DNA of 45,021 nucleotides, taken from NCBI GenBank assembly GCA_902795855.1, contig CADBMW010000144.1:1-45021 (forward strand). Reading direction: 5' to 3'. Numbering within the stretch: position 1 is the first letter of the stretch; each line of letters begins with the position of its first letter. The position numbers and the translations under genes are program-made. The notes under the pieces are model-generated. The model was not told where the DNA came from. It was given only the letters and a program-made list of their open reading frames with translations, and searched no databases. This DNA comes from an uncultured Lachnospiraceae bacterium (GTDB lineage: Bacteria > Bacillota > Clostridia > Lachnospirales > Lachnospiraceae). Shown in pieces: positions 38,400-45,021 of this stretch.

Positions 38400-38466
38400 T
38401 GTGGATAATGTTGATAACTTTGTGAATAACCCATATTTACTTGCTTCCTAGACTAAGTTATCCACA
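38400..38466. promoter_or_regulatory. Cluster of DnaA boxes
   Basis: TGTGGATAA (38400-38408), TGTTGATAA (38409-38417, one mismatch), TGTGAATAA (38421-38429), TTATCCACA (38458-38466). Confidence 0.7.
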
Positions 38467-38561
38467 ATGATTTACGTAAGATTATGTTCATTATGGTCAA
38501 CTAATAAAAAGATTTGTTGTGCACATTGCACAAAATCCTGTTCATTTTAGTACCTAGGAGT

Positions 38562-38591
38562 AAAAAAAGACGGGATGCCTGGCATCCCGTC
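38562..38591 (-). terminator. Rho-independent terminator of the NlpC/P60 gene
   Basis: GACGGGATGCC-a-GGCATCCCGTC followed by 7 T on the minus strand. Confidence 0.88.
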
Positions 38592-38628
38592 AACAAATCC
38601 TTATTTTACCTTATTATATAGGTAGTTT

Positions 38629-40098
38629 TTACTGTCCAAGTAATCTCACAGCCTTAACAGGTGTTCTGTAATTGAAAGATGATGTCTTGATACCATCTCT
38701 TCTGTTAGAAGCATGAACAACCATTCCACCACCTGCATAAATTGCAACGTGGCCGATTCCTCCACCATTTGAATAGAAGAGAAGATCTCCAGGCTGAAGC
38801 TCTGAAAGGCTTACTTCTGTACCATAACCTGACTGAGCTGCTGCTGAGTGTGGAAGTGAGATTCCATACTGAGCATATATACTAAGAACGAATCCAGAGC
38901 AGTCTGCTCCGTTTGTAAGGCTTGTTCCGCCCCAAACATATGGATTACCTACGAACTGAAGTGCATAGTTAACAAGATCTGTACCTGTTGATCCTGCAGG
39001 TGCTGCTGTAACCTTCTGAGTAGTTGGCTGCTCAGTTGCAGGTGCTGCCTGCTCTACTGGCTGTGCTGCTGGCTGCTCAACTTGCTGTGCTTCCGGCTGT
39101 GCTGTAGTATCTGTTGTCTGTGTCTGTGCTATATCAGTTGTCTGAGTTGTTGTATCGGCTGCCGGCTGCTGTGCTGCCTGCTCTGCTGCCTGCTGCTGTG
39201 CAAGTGCTTCCTGCTCTGCAAGATATGCAAGCCATTCCTGCTCAGCCTTTTCCTTAGCTATTCTATCAGCCTCTGCCTGCTCCTCAACTGAAACAGCTCT
39301 TGGGTTCTCATATACTACATCTACGTACTCACTCTTAACGAAACCGCGAACATCGTCATCTACTGAAACCTCTGTCCATTCGCCGCTTGTACTGTATACA
39401 TAATAATCTTAGCCTTCAGGGATCAGGGTTACACAGTTACTTCCCTCATCCTTTGCCTCACGTACCTTAAGTGTAGCTGTATTAACAGTAGCTCTACGAG
39501 CTATACCATTGTTATCACACCATTCACCGGCGCTGTCACCATATGCAAGATACATATTTGCAATATATCCTTCACAGGTACCTGATGCTATCTTTGACCA
39601 TTCATCACCGATTTCCTTAACAAGACAAACACCGCCTCTGTCAAGAACTCCGACTACATCTGAGTCTGTGCTTGGTTCAGTTCTGATATTAACCTTGCTA
39701 TCAGCTGTTACTACAGCTCTATCCTGGAACTGTGTATATACCTTAGCATCTGTAAGAGAAGCAGTATTAACTTCCTCTGCTTCTGCATCTGAAGCTGTTG
39801 CTGCTGACATTTCTGCTAAAGCAGCTTCCTCTGCAGTATATGCTGATGTACCGTTTGTAAGATTAACGGCTGCCTTTGGAACAAAGGCATCTGATGCCTT
39901 AACTATACCATTTGTAAGTGTTGCTACTGGATCATCCTGCTTTCCTTCGCCGATATATGCTCCTACCTTATTTGCAATACCCACGTTAGATGAGTCATAA
40001 ACCTGTTTAGCATTTGCAACGTTTCCTGTTCCTAAGGAAGCGAAGATAACTGCAGCTACAAGACTACCTGCCAGAACTCTCCTTGTTGGTTTATACAT
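38629..40098 (-). pseudogene. SH3b-SH3b-NlpC/P60 peptidoglycan endopeptidase with one in-frame TAA at codon 230
   Basis: ATG at 40098 after GGAGG. The frame stays open after TAA (39411-39409): DYYVYSTSGEWTEV...GFVKSEYV, a Q/A/P/T linker, then NPYVWGGTSLTNGADCSGF...PGDLLFY...GHVAIY...VVHAS, stop at 38631-38629. Confidence 0.88.
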
Positions 40099-40143
40099 TA
40101 TGTAACCTCCTACGTCATTTTTACCCACTATATCTTGTGGTTT

Positions 40144-40191
40144 GTTACATTTTCTTTACATTTTAAGTCAAATTGTTACAAAACTGTTACG
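40144..40191 (-). promoter_or_regulatory. Two WalR-like direct-repeat boxes upstream of the cell-wall hydrolase
   Basis: TGTAAA-N5-TGTAAC (40160-40144) and CGTAAC-N5-TGTAAC (40191-40175), compared with the consensus TGTWAH-N5-TGTWAH. Confidence 0.55.
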
Positions 40192-40197
40192 ATAAAT

Positions 40198-40226
40198 ATA
40201 ATAACACTATCGTTTTGTAATGTCAA
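40198..40226 (-). promoter_or_regulatory. sigma-A promoter for the NlpC/P60 gene
   Basis: TTGACA (40226-40221), 17 bp, TATTAT (40203-40198) with an extended TGn. Confidence 0.8.
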
Positions 40227-40382
40227 CATAAAGTTGACATAATTATTATGTCATATAAATTTATGACAAGTATTCTTTGACATATATAATATCAAAGAAT
40301 AAAATAGATATATATAAAGTAACTCATAAAAGTATCAAATTAGTATCAGAATACTCCATGTTTATACTAGGGGGAGTGTAGA

Positions 40383-42131
40383 ATGGTGGATGATAAAAAA
40401 ACTATAGGATTTATTGTCAGTGGAATAATGGATGAATTTACAGAGCAGCTCTGTAAGGGAATCCTCAGTGAATCCAAAAATGATAATATCAGACTTGTGA
40501 TAATTCCTGTTAAATATATATACAGGAATATGAAAGACTGTCCTGATCCATATGAGTACCAATATGAAACCAATGCTTTAAACATTACTGCTGAAAGCTT
40601 TGATGCGCTTATCATATCGGCTGATTGTATCGGATGTCTTACAACTGAAGATAATATTCTCAAGTTTGTTGATAATATTAAGGCAAAGAATATACCTATT
40701 ATATTGGCCGCATCAAATATAGATGGTTATCCCGGAGTTATCTTCGATAACAAAACAGGTATCATAGAAGCAATGGATTACCTTGTTAAGGAGCTTGGCA
40801 TCAAAAAAATCTGCATGCTTCGTTCCGCCGAGAATAATTCGGATGTTACCGAAAGATACTATACCTTTAGGGAAAGAATGTGGTATTACGGACTTCCTGT
40901 AAGACCGGAAAGTGTTGTTACTACCCATCTATATGATAATTGCCGTGAGGCCTGTGAACAAATCCTGGATGATAATCCGGATATGGAGGCCATTTTCTGT
41001 GCCAATGATGCGGTTGCGCTTGAGTTCTATAAGCTTATGAATGAGCGCGGCCTGATTCCGGGCAGGGATATTAAGGTTATGGGATTTGATAATTCCATAA
41101 ATGGCAGCATGATCACCCCATCCCTGACCACCGTTGATGCAGATGCAGTTCAGCTGGGCAGCCGTGCCTTCAGTATGCTTAGAATGGTAATGGAAGGCTG
41201 GGATGTGGGAATCATGACAATTCCTACTCACTTTATCCTTAGAGATTCCTTCGGACTTCTTCTGGACAAAGAGAATTCAGATGAAGATATTTTTGATAAA
41301 TCATCTCTGGATGAATATTTTGACAGAATATTCTTTATGTTCGACCGTTTTTCTGACAAGTCAGATCTGGAGATTCCTATATTATTTAAAGCTCTGATGA
41401 CGGTGATCATCGATTATATAAATGATAAGGAATATAATCCAGAAAGAACTATGTTTCTGAAGGGAAAGGTGGATGAGTTTTTCAGAACCGGAGCTCTGAA
41501 ATATACAGATGTTAATCTTCTGATTTCCTATACTGAAAGAGTTAAGGATGCATGTATCAACAAATTTGCAGATAACAAAAGAAAATGTCAGGTATATGAA
41601 ACATTTTCCCAGATTCTGGAAAAAATTTCTACCTCCACAGGAAAGAATCCTACTATATATATAGATATAAAAGATAATACCCTGTTCTCCGTAAAGGATA
41701 TGATGGAGGAGGTATTCTCATTTGATGTACCTTCAGATGAGCAGTATGCCTGCATTGTCAAAAACATGACAGAATATGGTGTAAAAAATGCATATGTATA
41801 TATATATGAAGAACCTCTGACACATTTGCAGGGTGAAGAGCTTACTCTGCCTGACAAGGTCAGGATTAAAATTGCTATGAATAATGAAGATATTCAGTGT
41901 ATTCCTGAAGAAGATCAGGTAATCGAGCTGATCCATCTCTTCGACAATGACTTTGTAAAGGCTGATAATTTTAATATGGTTTTAATGCCACTTTACTTCC
42001 GTGATAAGCTATATGGAAGTCTTCTGTATGATCTTACGGATACAACCTATCGAAATGGTGATTTCCTGGTAAGCAATTATTCTTCTGCTGCCAGAGCTAT
42101 ACATATGTTTAAAAATTCAGCCATTAAATAG
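40383..42131 (+). CDS. Cytoplasmic LacI/periplasmic-binding-fold sensor protein, no recognisable HTH or enzymatic output domain
   Basis: VIFDNKTG, AIFCANDAVA, IPGRDIKVMGFDN, PSLTTVD, FILRDSFG. No N-terminal HTH. GGGGAG RBS. Confidence 0.7.
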   Translation: MVDDKKTIGFIVSGIMDEFTEQLCKGILSESKNDNIRLVIIPVKYIYRNMKDCPDPYEYQYETNALNITAESFDALIISADCIGCLTTEDNILKFVDNIKAKNIPIILAASNIDGYPGVIFDNKTGIIEAMDYLVKELGIKKICMLRSAENNSDVTERYYTFRERMWYYGLPVRPESVVTTHLYDNCREACEQILDDNPDMEAIFCANDAVALEFYKLMNERGLIPGRDIKVMGFDNSINGSMITPSLTTVDADAVQLGSRAFSMLRMVMEGWDVGIMTIPTHFILRDSFGLLLDKENSDEDIFDKSSLDEYFDRIFFMFDRFSDKSDLEIPILFKALMTVIIDYINDKEYNPERTMFLKGKVDEFFRTGALKYTDVNLLISYTERVKDACINKFADNKRKCQVYETFSQILEKISTSTGKNPTIYIDIKDNTLFSVKDMMEEVFSFDVPSDEQYACIVKNMTEYGVKNAYVYIYEEPLTHLQGEELTLPDKVRIKIAMNNEDIQCIPEEDQVIELIHLFDNDFVKADNFNMVLMPLYFRDKLYGSLLYDLTDTTYRNGDFLVSNYSSAARAIHMFKNSAIK

Positions 42132-42162
42132 GAAAATATAAAATATAAACTAAGGAATAACT

Positions 42163-43566
42163 ATGCATACTCCAATTACAACATTTCTATCAGTAGCAGC
42201 CTGCCGTCTGACTCGTTTCGGACTCAGGGTGCTCCATCGAGGCGGTACTACTCTTCCGGGACGTAGTGCCCTAATTTTTGATAAAAAAATTCTTGAAGTA
42301 GTTTCCCGCGGCATGCGGATCATAGTAGTGACCGGAACCAACGGCAAAACTACAACCTGCAGCATGCTGAGAAATGCTCTTCAGGAAAATGGCATACAGC
42401 CTCTTTCAAATATTTCCGGAGCAAATCTTCTCACAGGAATCACTGCCGAGTTTACAGCCCAGGCAACTCTTTGGGGAAAGCCCAAAAAGAAATATGCCAT
42501 CGTGGAATGCGATGAAGGAGCACTTAAAAAGGTAGTTCCCCTCATCAAGCCCGATGTTATAGTGGTTACCAATCTTTTCAGAGATCAGCTGGACAGATAT
42601 GGCGAAGTCATGCATACACTGGAAGAGATAAAGACCGGAATCAAACTTGTTCCCGATACAAAGCTTTGTCTGAATGCAGACTGTTCCCTTACAGCATCTC
42701 TGGCCATTGATGCACCAAATCCGGTTTATTATTACGGCATAGGAAAAAATGCCATTTCTAATTCATCTAATGAAGAGCCGGATTCATTATCAGATGCCAA
42801 GTACTGTATCAAGTGCGGAACCGAATACAAATATGATTATCATACCTACGCTCATCTTGGTGGTTTCTACTGTCCAAAGTGCGACTATAGAAGACAGAGG
42901 CCTGATCTTAATGTAAGCAAAATAAAGATCACACCTAAGGGAAGCTATCTGACAGTCCAGTTTAAAGATCTTCCTGGCAGGGATATCGATCTTCATATCG
43001 GTCTTCCCGCTCTTTACAATGTTTATAATGCCATAGCAGCCATGGGCGCCTTTAATGCCATAGGCTGGAAGAGAAAAAAGATGATCAAATCTCTTTCTTC
43101 CATTACCTCCAGCTTTGGAAGAATGGAGTCCTTTAACTATAAAGATGTGGATATTCAGATGATCCTGGTTAAAAACCCTGCCGGCTGCAACCAGTCACTG
43201 TCCTATCTTGCATCCATGGATGAAGACTATGTGGCTGTATTCTGTCTCAATGACAAAACTGCCGACGGTCATGACATTTCCTGGATATGGGATGCTGATC
43301 ATGAGAAGGTCGCAACAGATCCACATTGTAAGAAAATATATGTATCCGGTACCAGAGCCGGTGATATAATGATCAGATTAAAATATGCCGGTGCCGATCC
43401 GGCTTCCATCGAACTGATCGAGGATAATACCAGGCTTATAAATGCCATGACATCTCATAAGCTTCCTGTATTTATCCTGCCGAATTACACTTCCATGTTA
43501 AGTCTTCGTGCAACTCTCAGTTCAGTTACCGGCAAAAAGGAATTCTGGAAAGACCAGAAACAGTAG
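42163..43566 (+). CDS. murT: Lipid II amidotransferase subunit MurT (Mur ligase plus DUF1727)
   Basis: VTGTNGKTTT, NLFRDQLDRYGE, CxxC...CxxC, LVKNPAG, ADGHDISWIWD, PNYTSML. Adjacent to gatD. Confidence 0.9.
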   Translation: MHTPITTFLSVAACRLTRFGLRVLHRGGTTLPGRSALIFDKKILEVVSRGMRIIVVTGTNGKTTTCSMLRNALQENGIQPLSNISGANLLTGITAEFTAQATLWGKPKKKYAIVECDEGALKKVVPLIKPDVIVVTNLFRDQLDRYGEVMHTLEEIKTGIKLVPDTKLCLNADCSLTASLAIDAPNPVYYYGIGKNAISNSSNEEPDSLSDAKYCIKCGTEYKYDYHTYAHLGGFYCPKCDYRRQRPDLNVSKIKITPKGSYLTVQFKDLPGRDIDLHIGLPALYNVYNAIAAMGAFNAIGWKRKKMIKSLSSITSSFGRMESFNYKDVDIQMILVKNPAGCNQSLSYLASMDEDYVAVFCLNDKTADGHDISWIWDADHEKVATDPHCKKIYVSGTRAGDIMIRLKYAGADPASIELIEDNTRLINAMTSHKLPVFILPNYTSMLSLRATLSSVTGKKEFWKDQKQ

Positions 43567-43575
43567 GAGATAAAA

Positions 43576-44334
43576 ATGTCTGATAAAAAGCTTAAAATCT
43601 GTCACCTGTATCCCGAGGTACTAAACCTCTACGGTGACCGTGGAAATATATTATGCATAAAGAAAAGACTCCAGTGGCGTGGTTTGGACTGTGAAGTATC
43701 CGAAGTAAAGCTGGGAGAAACAAATGATCTCACAGACTTTGACCTGTTCTTCATTGGCGGTGGCCAGGACTTTGAACAGGAGGTTCTTCTGAAGGATCTG
43801 AAAAGCGGCAAAGGAGATAATATAGTCAGTGCCATCGAAGATGGTAAAACATTTCTCTGCATCTGCGGCGGATACCAGATGATGGGACATTATTATGAAA
43901 CAAAGGATGGCGACAGAATGCAGTTTCTGGGAGCCGTAGATTTTCATACCATCGGCGGAGACGTCCGAATGATCGGAAATTATGCCTTCAGATGTACTCC
44001 CAAGTCCGGCGGCAGCGATATAGTGGGATTTGAGAATCACAGCGGCCGTACATATCTGGGAGATAATGTAAGTCCACTGGGTACCATTCTCAGCGGATAC
44101 GGCAATAACGGTGAAGATAAGACCGAAGGTATCCGGTATAAAAATGTTTTCGGATCCTATAGTCACGGACCAATCCTTCCAAAGAATCCTGAATTTGCCG
44201 ATCATCTGATAGAAACAGCAATGAAACGTAAATATGGTGATTTTTCACTTACACCCCTGGATGACAGCCAGGAAAAACTGGCCCATGATCATATCCTTGA
44301 TCTCGTCCTCCATGGAAATACAAGTAAAGATTGA
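43576..44334 (+). CDS. gatD: Glutamine amidotransferase GatD (CobQ-like)
   Basis: LYPEVLNLYGDRGN, IGGGQD, ICGGYQ, GFENHSGRT, YSHGPILPKNP. Confidence 0.9.
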   Translation: MSDKKLKICHLYPEVLNLYGDRGNILCIKKRLQWRGLDCEVSEVKLGETNDLTDFDLFFIGGGQDFEQEVLLKDLKSGKGDNIVSAIEDGKTFLCICGGYQMMGHYYETKDGDRMQFLGAVDFHTIGGDVRMIGNYAFRCTPKSGGSDIVGFENHSGRTYLGDNVSPLGTILSGYGNNGEDKTEGIRYKNVFGSYSHGPILPKNPEFADHLIETAMKRKYGDFSLTPLDDSQEKLAHDHILDLVLHGNTSKD

Positions 44335-44350
44335 TTTGTAAAGGCAGAAT

Positions 44351-45021
44351 ATGAATACTCAATTTCTTAAACCGGATGAAAATGGAATAAAAATCGCATC
44401 AGACATTCTTAGAGCCGGGGGCCTGGTGGCCTTTCCTACGGAAACAGTCTACGGACTGGGAGGCAATGCCCTTTCCCCGGAGTCTTCATTAAAGATATAC
44501 TCAGCCAAAGGACGGCCCTCTGACAATCCACTTATAGTGCATATAGCAGATACGGCCTCTGTAAATGAGATCGCAAGTGAAATTCCTGAAAAGGCCACTG
44601 CTTTAATGCAGGCTTTCTGGCCGGGACCTCTCACTATTATCCTTCCGAAAAAAAATATAGTGCCGGATGAAACCACCGGTGGTCTTCAGACTGTGGCCAT
44701 CAGAATGCCTTCTCATCCTGCTGCTCTCAGTCTGATCAGAGAAAGCGGTGTGCTGATTGCTGCACCATCCGCAAATACTTCAGGCCGCCCTTCTCCTACC
44801 ACTGCCCAGCATGTGGTGGATGATATGAATGGTAAGATAGATGCCATAATCGATGGCGGTGCAGTTGGAATAGGTATCGAATCCACCATAGTGGATCTGA
44901 CGGATTCAAAGCCTACTATCCTGAGACCCGGCTATATAACCAGGTCCATGCTGGAGGCCATTATCGGTGAAGTTGTGATCGACAAAGCTCTCATCGAACC
45001 GGATCCAAATCTTCGTCCTAA
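44351..45021 (+). CDS. sua5: L-threonylcarbamoyladenylate synthase (Sua5/TsaC), truncated by the window edge
   Basis: ATG at 44351. Translation includes GGLVAFPTETVYGLG, AKGRPSDNPLIVH, FWPGPLT, AAPSANTSGRPSPT, GIESTIVD, ILRPG. Absent from the ORF track because there is no stop in the window. Confidence 0.93.
   Translation, partial: MNTQFLKPDENGIKIASDILRAGGLVAFPTETVYGLGGNALSPESSLKIYSAKGRPSDNPLIVHIADTASVNEIASEIPEKATALMQAFWPGPLTIILPKKNIVPDETTGGLQTVAIRMPSHPAALSLIRESGVLIAAPSANTSGRPSPTTAQHVVDDMNGKIDAIIDGGAVGIGIESTIVDLTDSKPTILRPGYITRSMLEAIIGEVVIDKALIEPDPNLRP

Noticed and set aside
38380-38480. Replication origin
   Set aside because: Only four DnaA boxes and none of the usual oriC-flanking genes (dnaA, dnaN, rpmH) in the window.
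38990-39290. CTG/GCT-rich repeats as a CRISPR or tandem array, and the Cys-rich 69-aa ORF at 39082-39291
   Set aside because: These are codons of the Gln/Ala/Pro/Thr linker of the NlpC/P60 gene on the minus strand. There is no repeat-spacer periodicity.
39409-39411. Selenocysteine/pyrrolysine recoding or alternative genetic code at the internal stop
   Set aside because: The codon is TAA, not TGA or TAG, and TAA terminates many other genes in this window.
40099-40128. ORF-track start (40128) for the SH3b/NlpC gene
   Set aside because: The GGAGG RBS lies just upstream of the ATG at 40098, which gives a normal signal peptide.

Overview
Chromosomal segment of a low-GC Clostridia-type bacterium; gene content suggests Lachnospiraceae/Eubacterium-like (inference). 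Almost everything from 1 to 40.1 kb is on the minus strand. In transcription order it carries: an SH3b-SH3b-NlpC/P60 cell-wall hydrolase gene interrupted by an in-frame TAA; hpf; secA, whose last codons lie inside a 109-bp triple-hairpin element; prfB with a programmed +1 frameshift; hom; lysC; a TetM/EF-G-like GTPase fused to a YacP/Rae1-type NYN nuclease and translationally coupled to a CCA-adding enzyme; a CbbX/SpoVK-like AAA ATPase; a MATE exporter; a eukaryote-type hisA; a YfhO-like membrane glycosyltransferase; and an orphan hybrid histidine kinase. Next comes an ~18-kb Tad/Flp pilus operon (CpaE-like, CpaF, TadB, TadC, Flp, three TadE/G-like pseudopilins, an FHA protein). It runs without a break into a 2298-aa sortase-anchored subtilase/ester-bond-domain surface protein and a 773-aa InlB-repeat/FN3 protein, followed by tRNA-Ser(TGA). 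The plus-strand end holds an output-less LacI-type sensor protein, murT, gatD and a partial sua5. No integrase, transposase or CRISPR array was seen. The best candidates for under-described biology are the Tad locus with its cargo, the GTPase-NYN/CCA module, and several non-coding structures. All family assignments come from motif recognition by eye, not database searches.
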